DNA of 62,625 nt, counting the filler, from Sphacelaria rigidula (lineage: Eukaryota), in the NCBI GenBank assembly GCA_964200075.2. It is 9 parts of 9 records of this genome, joined end to end, with 100 filler letters (N's around TTAATTAATTAA, not from the genome) between each part and the next. Parts side by side here need not be neighbours in the genome. Positions count along the whole stretch, not along the records: positions 20,911 to 27,780 come from CAXNAA020017664.1; positions 27,881 to 34,749 come from CAXNAA020017665.1; positions 34,850 to 41,718 come from CAXNAA020017666.1; 6 more parts are not named here. One strand, written 5' to 3'. The position numbers were made by a program, and so were the translations under genes. The notes below the pieces were generated by a model, which saw only the letters and a program-made list of their open reading frames with translations, searched no databases and was not told the DNA's origin. Below are positions 24,536-36,003 of this stretch, piece after piece; the first letter of the stretch is position 1, and the number at the start of each line of letters is the position of its first letter.

Positions 24536-25419
24536 CTGGACGACAGATGAACTGGAGCAGGATTTTCTCGGTCATTCCTAGAGAAATCGCGCCGCGCATG
24601 CAGTGCCCAATGCCTCCTTAGAAAACCGCCAACCACATCGCACGATGGAGCAACGCCGCCGCAGATGCTATTCAGCGATACCCCTCTCCTCCTGTCCGCA
24701 ATGGTACTACGTACATCGACACGATGCGCGATTCCTACGCAATGATGCATCCTTATTGGGTCTGATGCCTTGAGTGATAGCTGTAGTAAGCCACCACTGC
24801 GCCCCGTCCCACCACCGTGGTGGTATCTCTTGAGACAATCAGGATTCGCATAATGATATTTGAGAAACGGACTGCAGCAGAATCGAGATGAACCGAACGT
24901 GAACAAGAAGCAGAGCCGCTGTTGTACAGAAAGGTGACTTTGCCTTGCAAGAATTTGGGCGGTGTTGGAATTACGATATCGCGCTCGGCTGCTGGTCGCT
25001 TTTGTGCTCCGCGCACCGACTAGAAACGCCGCCGAGCATGTTCGACCATGGGTGACTGGGTATCGCACTCCTGTCCGGCTACAAGATTCCCCACCTCTCT
25101 GGCTTTTGGAGAAACATGTCGACAAGATATTTTTCACCATGCAACTTCCGGCGGTAGAAGCAGCCCCGGTATTCGTAGGAGAAAAATAAGTATCGGCAAT
25201 GAGCGGAGTGCATTGTCCTCCGTAGCGTCCATGTTGTTGTTGTTGCTGCTGCTGTTGCTGCTGCAGCTGTTGCCGTTGTTCCAGCCGGTGATGATGGTGT
25301 TGGTCGGGTGCGATGGTTGTGGGGAACACAGCCAATACGGCAGTAGGCAACAAGCTTATGGCTAGGCACCCACGAAGTACACATTGAGATGCGCATCCCA
25401 GCCATCGACGTTGAACCAT
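24536..25419 (-). CDS. Probable first exon of an unknown protein with hydrophobic signal-like N-terminus and poly-His/poly-Gln tract
   Basis: 317-codon ORF from ATG. CLAISLLPTAVLA hydrophobic stretch, CAG/CAA run, CAG|GTATGT donor at 24535. No family recognised. Confidence 0.45.
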
Positions 25420-27234
25420 GACAGATGAATCATGGGCGTGCGGGCATCGCGATAGAAGACGCAGAAGGTTGACACGCTTGCACGGGATAGAGCATGATCA
25501 ACTGAGAGGAGATACTTTGACTCCGCATGGACTTCTCGTACCTGATATGATCAGGGGACGCTGCAGCCGCTGGTACATATATGCGGGGGGTGTTGAACGC
25601 ACTCAAATCATTCTTTCTCTCGTGACCACGCTCGTGTAAAATTTCAAGAGCAAGGAAGTGCTGCAAGTAGATTTTGAATTACAAAAAATCTCCTACTCGC
25701 CGCTAGTTGTGATCATGAACCCGACATAGAGTATGACCTCTGGTCAAAGCGTAGCAGAAGTCGAAACCGTCACAGTTCTTCCCTCCACATGCTCTCTTTT
25801 TCGCCGGTGCAGACCACTGTTCTGTGTCATACTAAAAACAGCGAACATCGCATGATCAATCTGCTGCATATTCTGCCCTCCAGCCACTACATCTCAGCTA
25901 TTCATATCCATTGCTGCTGCTGCATCGTAGATTCATGACCTGCGGTGAGCTACATCAGCGAAGATATCACTTGGAAACGCTATCGTCATGATTGCCAGGT
26001 GGCTACGGTATGTGTCTTGAATGTGCGGAGGGATTTGTGCTAATCTGCCGCCTCCCTACGCTCTTCCCGCGCATGGCTTGATGGGCCCAGCAGGGAAACC
26101 TTCGTCGGCAACACATCTGCGATTAGGCGAAAGGGGAGAAGCTCAAGGTGGGTGTTTGCTTCTCTTGTTGTGCTAGTGGAAAGTCACGCCTGATAGCGAG
26201 ACATGTGCTGTAAACGAGAGCACGGTAGGTTCATCCGCAAATCATGCGACATGAATACCGATAGCTGTACCCACAAGCATGCCCGTTTGTGGGTCAGCCA
26301 CGGACTCGTGCCCACCGAAAAGTTCATATTCGATGCTTGCCATATTTCTCAACGTCTTCCGCCAGGACAAGGTGACGACGCAAGCACACCGTGAAAGTGG
26401 GTCAAGAAGGTACAGCGCTAACCTGATTTCGCGTTCTACCTACACGTCCATCCTGCAAATAACCTCGGCCATGCAGAAACATGGTGACCGTACAGTACTA
26501 TAGGCAGACACATATCATCGTCCCCGGTTGGTCTTAGCGCACGATGGTATGCAAGGCTTTCACACGTGGCTGCTGGCACACGGTACGGCACGTCACCATC
26601 ATTTGGGAACGCCCCTAGGCTATTGACAACTTGGATAGCATGCGTAAAGCATGAACCCGTTCGCAAAACACATATCCCAGCCCTTAGGCGGGTTTGCTAA
26701 GGTTACACAAAGAAGTGGCGATGCGTGCCAGATAACAGTTCGATTCACGCGGTAAACACGCTTTTCAAAATCTAGAACTGATCATCACCTAGGTTCAGCT
26801 TCAGAGAGCCTATAACGCGTACCAGTGCCCACCTGTGTTACTGATGATCGTATCATATATGTTCACCTGGCTCCGCAACCATAAGTTTTGTGTTGAAACT
26901 GTCTCCGGGTGTGCATATCTCGATATAGGTATATGTATCGTTTTAAAACAAACGCGATCCCCATGTCCTCATGGTTGTGAGCAAGCAAGCTGTGCTGCAA
27001 ACAACCACTCGCTCTCGCAGGAGGACATACGTTCGCTCCTTTACTCACTACAGCTTTCACTATCGCATTCGTGTTGAAATTTTACCAAAAAATCACTCTC
27101 AGCCACTCGCATGGCAGAATTTGGAGGACGTCAATGGCGACAGAAGGACACGCCATCTTCTGAGTTGCAAGGAGTCGTGGTATAAAGTTGCTCAACTTGA
27201 AAAGAGCCGACTGTGCCTTTCCGAATGCTCTTCC

Positions 27235-27460
27235 TTTTGTTCTTCATTTTTTTTCGACGCACTTCGAACCCCTCCCCTTCCTCGGGGGGAGTCCGTTGTC
27301 TGACCCATCTCTCACCTATACACGCCTTGCATTCTGTCTCGCGGATTGGGTCAGCACCCGCGGAAGGTGTCAACTCTCGTCAAAAATACTCAATCAACTA
27401 CTCTTACTTTACTCACGTACTCACTCTTTCGACGGTGGAAACCAGATACTTCGAAGAGAA
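27235..27460 (-). mobile_element. SINE family B, 5'-truncated
   Basis: Family B body and A-rich tail without the tRNA head. Confidence 0.7.
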
Positions 27461-28457
27461 GGCGGCGGTACTGCGCCGGACTAATGGCTATATGGTCTGC
27501 AATATATACTCCCATGTGCTTCTGTTGGTGTATCCTGCTGGATCCTATGAATCCCCGCGGTATCATCAGCGATCGTTATCGGTGTGATCGTTTGCGCGTT
27601 ATCGCGAAACTTAGAATCTCAAGACGTCAAACAATCGCGGAAGATGGGCAAGCCTGCCACGACAAAGCCATGGCATAAGTTGTTCGCGATTTGCCTTCCC
27701 ACTTGCACAGCTTGTGAGTGATGTCACGATGCCCCCCCCCCCTCCCCCCCCCCCCCCCCCCCCCCCTACCGCCCCTCGCCNNNNNNNNNNNNNNNNNNNN
27801 NNNNNNNNNNNNNNNNNNNNNNNNTTAATTAATTAANNNNNNNNNNNNNNNNNNNNNNNNNNNNNNNNNNNNNNNNNNNNCCAACATATCGGGTATACCT
27901 TTAATAACAGAACTGTATCTCTTATATGCCCTTCACCCATAATATGTCATAATCCAATCACTATATCCATTTCCAACTCATCCAGGCCTGTCCGCGTGTA
28001 CCCAACATTGAGTGTGAGTATACTCGATTATAGCGTTCAGCACTGCAGTACATAGTAACGTGCACCCAACGAAAACAATCGCGGAACGAGGCTAGTTCAC
28101 CCTTATTTGACCGCGAGGGTAGGTCACCTGCGGAATCGCCATCATTTTCACTGGGACAAGTATGCGTGATCTATATAGACTACCCGCATCGCGGTCCAAG
28201 GATTGACCGGCATTGGGCTGCAGATTTTCATGGTTAACACAATTTCACGAGTACCGCTATCTTTAACCCTAATCCCAACCCAACGCATACCGAAAACCCT
28301 CGGGTAAGGGCGATACATAGCACCCCCTTGGCAAAGTGCGACCTTGGTAGACTCCAAACTGGTGCCTGTGGCGCCGATTTCAACGAAACGCGGTTGTTTG
28401 GGCATACGAGAAGCGCATGGGACTGTCGGCCACACCGAAGATCCGATTCTAGTTGTC

Positions 28458-29140
28458 AGTCTTACGCCAAAAAAAAGAAAAAAAACGTATCAGAATCCGA
28501 CATCTTTTCGCCCCAATACGCACGCACACACCGCGCAACCCCAGATTCAGTAGGATGATATTGTTGCCTGTGGTCTACATGACATGTGGTCGAAGTTTCA
28601 GCACGTAAAAGCACTAACAGCGCTTGCACGGCCGTCTCTCCTGAAGTGAACACCTCTACAGGCGATACCAAGATATCTACCGCGTAGAATGACATCATCC
28701 AGAGTGTGCGCAATACGGATCGATGTGTTCCTTTGCCGGGGCAGAAGCCACCCAGCAGGAAGTGAGCGTATCCGTGTGTCAGCATATTATATATACATCC
28801 ACTGACGTCTCACGCAGTCTGGGCCGAGGGCACTGCGTTTTGGGGGCGTGCCGATGGCATTGCCCAAAATCCGTATTTTGCTTCGTGCTACTAGCGCACC
28901 ACGTACAACGTGCCGCCGCTCCAGGAATATTATGCTGTCTGTGTTATGGTCTACCTCTGTGCCAAGTTTCAGGCTGGTGAGCACAGACACGGCGGAGAAA
29001 TCCACAAGCAAACCCCTTGGTTTGTACTGAAAATAAAGTACTAAACCCTGTTAGGCCGTCTAAATATACATGAGGTGCGTATGATTTTTATATGCGGGAA
29101 TCTTGGCAGTTGACTTGCTTCTTTTTTTTGGCGTAAGACT
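28458..29140. mobile_element. MITE with perfect 22-bp TIRs (Tc1/mariner-like CAGT end)
   Basis: AGTCTTACGCCAAAAAAAAGAA at 28458-28479 and its exact reverse complement at 29119-29140. TSD not clean. Confidence 0.7.
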
Positions 29141-29223
29141 ATTGTACACACTTGAACCAAGTAATATCAACCATGAATTGATTGCGACTGTAGGCGACTT
29201 CCTGAATCGGCATCAATTTCACT

Positions 29224-29490
29224 TTAACCCTTAGACCGCGAAGTTAGTCTTCTGTTGAATCGGCATCAATTTCAACTGAAAAAAAGTATGCACGATCCAG
29301 AAAGACTAATCTCGCGGTCTAATAAGGGTTGAAAACGTGAGCGTGATCCAGAGGGGCTATACCCGGATCGCGGTTGAATTAAACCCTTTGACCGCGAGGG
29401 TAGCTCACTTTCACCTGAAAAAGTATGCGTGATCCAGATGGACTACCCTCCCCGTGGTCTTACGGTTAACCCTTAGACCGCGGTTACCAT
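29224..29490. mobile_element. Cluster of ~80-105-bp piggyBac-like mini-MITEs; further copies at ~28097-28203 and 41819-41896
   Basis: Ends TTAA|CCCTTAGACCGCG and CGCGGTCTAAGGG|TTAA (perfect right end at 41880-41896). TTAA target and CCC termini are piggyBac hallmarks. Confidence 0.7.
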
Positions 29491-32067
29491 ACTTGTCCCA
29501 GTGAAAATGATGGTGATTCAGCAGGTGACCTACCCTCGTGGTCAAACAAGGGTGAACTAGCCTTCCGAGTGTTTCGAGTGTTTTCATTGAGTGCACGTTA
29601 CTATGTACTGTAGTGCTGAACGCTATTCCAGTTCTGTCCCTATCTCTATATGCGTGACGACCAGTACTGTTTCCGTTGCTTGAACCAACCATAACGTCCG
29701 TTGGTGATGGAAGACACTAGCTTGACCCTGACACCCCGAGATCACAACAGTACAACAGTACAGTGTTCCACGCCCACCGGATCACGAAAGACCGATGCGA
29801 TGTGGGTTGTGCGTCCAGCTACTGTGTCGGTGCGGAGATACTCGGGAACCATTTCCGGCGAGAAAGGGGCGTGGTCGTTGTGGCCTTCGTGAACGGCAAA
29901 TGAGCGGGAAAAGAACCGAATGTGTGGGCGTCATGGTTGGAGTTGGCGCGTAGAGTCCCTTGCGCGCGATGTTCCGCAGCAGGTACGATGTAGACAGCGA
30001 CGACCTAGCACAGGTACGTCCTCGACCAATCGGTGAACCAGATAAGGTACGATTGAAAAAGAATTCCTAGATCAGGTATACCTTGTCGAACTTTGGCCAA
30101 CAAAGGGTAAGCGGTTTCTGGAGGCGAGACGTCCGTTTTCGCGTGGCCATATCTTTCGAGTGACATCATTTTTTTCGTTTTGTTTTCAGGCCCGGGTGCC
30201 AATGCGCCCCCCCCCCCCCCCCCCCCCCCCGAATGATCTGCGTGGAAAATTCGGAGCGAAAACGGTCAAAATGGCGTGTTCAGCTGTTTTGCGTTTCTGG
30301 CCATTTTTCGTACCTTTCTTGGGCGAAAAACGAGAAGGTACTCGTATCCCTTTTCTAGGCCACTGCGCTTTGGCCGGGGGGGGGGTGGGGGGGTGGGGGG
30401 GGGCACTCCTTCACCAAGTGTTAAATTGTACTGAGAACAAAAAAGCTCTTCATTTCCCCGCCTGGAGACAGGACTTTCAACAGTCGGTGCTTTTAGATTT
30501 CGGCACAATCATCGCCATCCCCTAGATGACAGAAGAAGTGTCCTGGAGGGACCATACTGCCACCGCAAGCAATTCTACGCGTTTGAAGTACTCTACCAGC
30601 CCTCTTGTGCCTCGCTGTTTGGCCTTGCGTTGAACGTTGGCAGTGGACCGGGAGTTGAACGTTATATGGGGTCACAGAGCCAGCGCTTGTGATTGGCCAA
30701 AGGCCACAGTAGAAATAAGAACATGCACGCACGACCTGACACTTGCCGCGTAGCCCCACCCCCCCCCTCACAACAGTGCTCATCTCCGGGAGGGAAAATT
30801 GTCATCTTCAGTGCACGAGACAGAAGCAGGACGTTGCAGGCAATCTACAGGCGTCTTTTGTTGCTGGAGATCGGGGTACTTGTGCTTGGATTTTCAGCTA
30901 CCCAAGTTCCGCAGCGACTTCGTCAGCCAGCCGCAAACAACAAACAGCGCAAGGGCGGTGAGCAGAAATTAAACCGACATTTATGCGCTTTATCTGAATG
31001 ATTAATTCTCGGATGATGTGAGTTTAGGTGATTTGGGTGAAAATGGTTTTTCCGAGAAACATCTTGCAGCCACCCTATAGTACGATGGGAGGGGGGGGGG
31101 GGCATTTTCCTCATGAAATTTCCCTTCAAGTCATCGTTGAAAGCACCAACGATTATTGTTCGAACGCGCTTGTTGCGCCGATAAAGAAGCACTCATTTAT
31201 ACTGCTGTACGGCGTTTTCATCCAAATACATATCCAACGCGAGTGTGTTGGGTCGTCAGTCACACCTGTTGATGTGCGTGTGGGGTGGTGTCACTGGTGT
31301 AAGCAGCTGGTAACAAGATAAAACTGTGCTCCTGTTGGAACCAATTATTGAATTATTGCATCTGTACCGCGCCTGTTGGTTTCGACTATAAACGCTACAT
31401 TCGAAACACGACAACTACGAGGGCGCTCTAGTCACAGTCGCCCTGGCTAGAACTGCCTCCTTCATACCTACACGTCGGTACCAACAGTTCTGTTTACCTT
31501 TAGGTGTAGCATGCGAGCCATGTCTGGGCCGTTCTAAATAATGGAGGTTATTTCCATCAAAAACTACAGGGTGCTCGCGGAAGACCGAATATGTTGGTTC
31601 GGGAGAGTCAATTTGACTCAATTTTCTCCGTGTGCGTGAAGCGTGAAGACAAAGAATACTTGGGGGGTGAAATTCGTTCCGAGCATCATACGTATTGGTC
31701 ATTTTGTACACGGGGTGCCCGCAACCTCAAATTCGGACGTTACAGACCTTGTGCAACGCCTGCAACGTCCAAGTTTGAGGTTGCAGGCACCCCAGTGGCC
31801 ACCCGTGTAAGGTTGTTACGATTGACCTTTTCCTGGGGTGTATTCGTAGTATGGTCTCGGCCCCCGTAGGGGATATCGCCATTACGTTCCTTGGACACTC
31901 ACTTTGCATCACCCCACTACTAAGAGGAGCCTGGCCCACCTGTCCGATTCGCGTTGGCTTCGAGGTTTCGAGATTTGGACACAAATACGGCTGGGCGAAA
32001 CACGTGGGTGATGATGCAAAGTGTTGATTAGTCACTGCTGGTATTCTCTGCATGTTTTGCGTGGCAC

Positions 32068-32410
32068 GTCGGTAGCTCCGGTGATCAGTTGATAACCTCG
32101 CAACCACTCTGACGGTTGGGTCGTGGGTCCGAATCTCAGTGAGGTCGCACGATCTTGGGTTGTTTCTCACCATGCCCAACAATTAAGAGCGTCGATGTCG
32201 TGGGTATACACAAATTCGACCCCGTAAAAGTAAGTCCTTATCACGCGAATAAAATAAGGCAAGCGCCTCAGAAGTATAATAAGGTAAATTACTAGAACGA
32301 AACAGAACATGGCTGTGTTGGCCTTTCTCCTGTGTGACCCCCCGGCTAATGCACCCACATTTATATACCGAAAGGTGTAGACTGGCTTCCATAATAGATG
32401 GGATGGCAAC
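32068..32410 (+). mobile_element. SINE family A (tail interrupted by TIR element)
   Basis: Degenerate A/B boxes and family A body. The CA tail resumes at 33188. Confidence 0.75.
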
Positions 32411-33187
32411 TGCAACGCGTGAGAGGACCGCGTTCTTAGAGGACCGCATCAGATTCTGAACATCCCTACGATGGCTATGTATGGTTAGGGTTACAGTAAT
32501 GAGCGGTCTAACTATTCATTTTGTGGCATTACTATTATTTTGTGATTTTTTTATAATTGGCGATTTTCTCGGGCTCTTTTCGCTTGCCACCGTTCATCAC
32601 ATCGGGGATCTGAGGATATTTATATTCGCTCCATATTCCAAGAAAATAAATATCTTCACTCAATATTGAGTGACTTACGGCCCGACCGGTCATCGCGGGT
32701 CCTGCCACGTTTCAACCCAGATTCTTACTCCTCTGTATTTCTGTCGATCAAACCTGTCTCGATCATATTTGTGAAGAAATGTAAAGTTTTAGTTTTCAGA
32801 AATTCTGCCTACCCATTGGGCCAGGGCCGAAAAACTGTGTTTCACGGTCAATAACACCGTCCTCATAATAAACGGGTTATTCACTCGTTTCGCCTTATAG
32901 CCCCAGCTGACACCGACTTGGGCACTGTGTTTCGAAGATGATCCGTTCATTGTACTAAAATCTACTGACCCTAGCAATTTCGAGTTCTATCGAAGAGTAA
33001 TACGCGAAGAAATACCCAAAACACCCCCAGATAGTTAGACCGCCCACTACTGTATGTAGGGTTAGTGTTAGGGTTAGGATCAGGGGCGTGGTCCCTGCAG
33101 GGATTAACCCGATTGATTTTGAAAAACAGCGATCCTAAGGTGTCTACGGCGCGGTCCCCTAAGCACGCGGTCCTCTCCAGCATTACA
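32411..33187. mobile_element. Non-autonomous TIR element with TG...CA ends, 5-bp TSD and internal TTAGGG-like repeats; shorter copy at 41925-42139
   Basis: ~35-bp imperfect TIR TGYAAYGC..GAGAGGACCGCGT.CTTAG.GGACCGC. GCAAC duplicated at 32406-32410 and 33188-33192. Confidence 0.7.
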
Positions 33188-34849
33188 GCAACAAACACAC
33201 GTATACATGCAATGTGTGGATCTACTGCTCTACTGCGGCTGTCGAGGTAAAGAGAACGGGGTAACGAATAAAACTACCACACGCTTGAGGTCGCGGGACT
33301 TGAAAACAATTCGGTCCACTCCAACAATCTATCCGAGAAGGTCGAAACCTGCGCCACGACTCATGTGAAATGGCTAAGGCCTGTCCCTTGGGAACAAATA
33401 ATCATCGTTTTTCTCGAAATCGTCTCATCAAGACGGCCTGTGATCGGTCTTTGGGATATCAGCTGAAAAAGGTATGGAAATAATGCCGGTTCACAAGTGG
33501 ACCACCGCTTGGAGCCAAAGGGTCACCCCCTTATGTGATGCAGAAGTGAAATTGATACCGGTTCAAAAGCTAACTTCATACTCTCGCCGTCATATAGGGT
33601 CAGCCCTGTGATAGCGAGCGACCGTTCATGTGTGAATCGGCAACAGTCCTTTTCCAGGTGACTATTTCATTTTTTTGAAGTGGATACGCGACGCCGATCC
33701 ACAAATAATTGGACCAATGTTCACATCCAAAGGTACCGTAGGTGGCGAGGAAGCACGCGGCAAAGAGAACAGAGTGAATAATACAAGTGCCACGCACCTG
33801 TTGCATCGCCATCAATTTCACTCGAAAAAAGTAAAAGGTCAACACCTTGGCCGCCGGGGTAGGCAATCTGACCCATGCGTAAGTTTTCAAATTAGAGTGG
33901 TCAATTCAATTGCGAACCGATTAGCCAACAACGCCGTGTTTCTGTATCAATAGCTACAGCCCAAGCTCTTGATCGTCTATCCTGGGACAGTCAGAGATCA
34001 GAACACGCACGCCACCGCCCCCGAGCTCATCACTTGCACTAATGACATATGTGATCTGCTCCGTGTCGTGTCCCTCGAGTACTCACCTGTGGCCCTGGCA
34101 AGTTTGGCGAGGCGTGAGACAATACTGCTACTTTGGTTACAGACTGTCCCTACCGTGCGCTAGTGTTGCATACATGTGTGAGCGTGGCCGGCATCTGAGG
34201 TCATCGAGGTGGAGCGGGCGAGGAGCAGAAGTAAATATACAAACCTCGCAAACACACGCGGCCATTCGGCTACCGCCACAAAAATCCTCTATCGCGATTT
34301 TGATCCTCTCAAGGGTACAATACCCTCTGGACTGGAGGGCATGTGGTGCTCCAGGAACTTCTGAGGTCTGAATCCCTCGAGAGTAACACAACAGATGGTA
34401 CTCTGGAGGGCCGCGCATCCTCCAAACTCCTCCGGAGGGATGCACGGCCCTTCACAGTTCAGAGGTAGAACAAGCATCTGGAGGCGTTTGATCCCACCCC
34501 TCTGGAGGGCCGCACACCCTCTGAAGATGTTTGATCCCTCTGAAGGCTCGGACCGTTGACCGGAACAGAGTGTTTTTTGGAGTAGCCGAGTGGTCGCGTG
34601 TCGAGCCCACCACACCTTTCGGTTTGTATGTTTCTTCATCGATTGCTTACAATAATAGTTGACGAACAAAAACGAGGATCGTGACAACTTGAAAATAATT
34701 GCCCTCCGGGACGGGCGGCGGCGCGGGGGGGGGGGGGGGGGGGGGGGGGNNNNNNNNNNNNNNNNNNNNNNNNNNNNNNNNNNNNNNNNNNNNTTAATTA
34801 ATTAANNNNNNNNNNNNNNNNNNNNNNNNNNNNNNNNNNNNNNNNNNNN

Positions 34850-34946
<97 letters not shown>

Positions 34947-34987
34947 GCTGTTGTTGTTGTCGTTGTTGTCGTCGTTGTTGTTGTTGT
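34850..34987. repeat. (GTT)n microsatellite
   Basis: Direct observation. Contig begins within it. Confidence 0.97.
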
Positions 34988-35071
34988 TCTCACATTAAAA
35001 ACCGTTCCGATAACTGCGCAGTACTCTGTACTGCATGTGACAGTAGTTATATATTCCATATATCCGCTATC

Positions 35072-35230
35072 AGTCGCCCCGATGGCTCAGTTCGTAACCT
35101 CGAAACCTCAAGGTTCACCTTGTTACTATTCGAACGTGGATTCGGGTCTCGTTTTAGTCACAAGATCTGAGAATCTTTCACACGTCATGCCCAACAGTAC
35201 AGTGGAGAGTGATTATGTCGTGAGTACACA
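35072..35230 (+). mobile_element. SINE family A 5' fragment
   Basis: GTCGCCCCGATGGCTCAGTTCGTAACCTCGAAACC...CATGCCCAACAG. Confidence 0.65.
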
Positions 35231-35236
35231 ACATAC

Positions 35237-36003
35237 CACAGGCACCGTAGGTAAGGTAGGTACCCGGTACCGGTATATGGGATATCTCATACCCTACCGA
35301 TACCGGTCCAATCCAGTATTTTCAGATGTCATAACTACAATACCTACGATACCAGGGTGTTTCGAGATTTCAGTACCTACCGTACCCGCCCAATCCGGTA
35401 TTTTGAAATGTCATACTTACGATACCTACGGTACCAGGGTATTTCGAGATTTCAGTACCTACCGTACCCGCCCAATCCGGTATTTTCAAATGTCATACCT
35501 ACGATACCTACGATACCAGGGTATTTCAATATTTCAACACCTGCCGTATCCGCCCAATCCTGTATTTTCAAAACTCATACCTACGATACCTATGCATACC
35601 ACGGTATGGGATACCCTGGTAAATACCGGGGGGTATGCTCGGTACGGTACCTTACCTACGGTGCCCATGAAAACTTCGACTAGCCAACTTGCAACCAGAT
35701 CTGAAACGCTTCGCACTGCCAGATGACAGTTTTGATTTCGTTATGGAGGGTAAGGCAGGTACCCGGTACCGGTATTCGGGGCATCTCATACCCTACCGAT
35801 ACCGACCCAATCCGGTATTTTCGACACTCGTACCTACGATACCTACAATACCACGGTATTTCGAAATTTCAATACCTACCGTACCTGTCAAATCCGGTAT
35901 TTTCAAATGTCATACCTACGATACCTCCGCATACCACTGTATGGGATACCCCGGTAAATACCGGGGATACGCTCGGTACGGTACCTTACCTACGGTGCCT
36001 ATG
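35237..36003. mobile_element. Compound hAT-type MITE (two modules) rich in TACCTACGATACC repeats
   Basis: TIR CAYAGGCACCGTAGGTAAGGTA. Perfect 8-bp TSD CAACATAC at 35229-35236 and 36004-36011. Extra internal right end at ~35648-35669. Confidence 0.8.
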
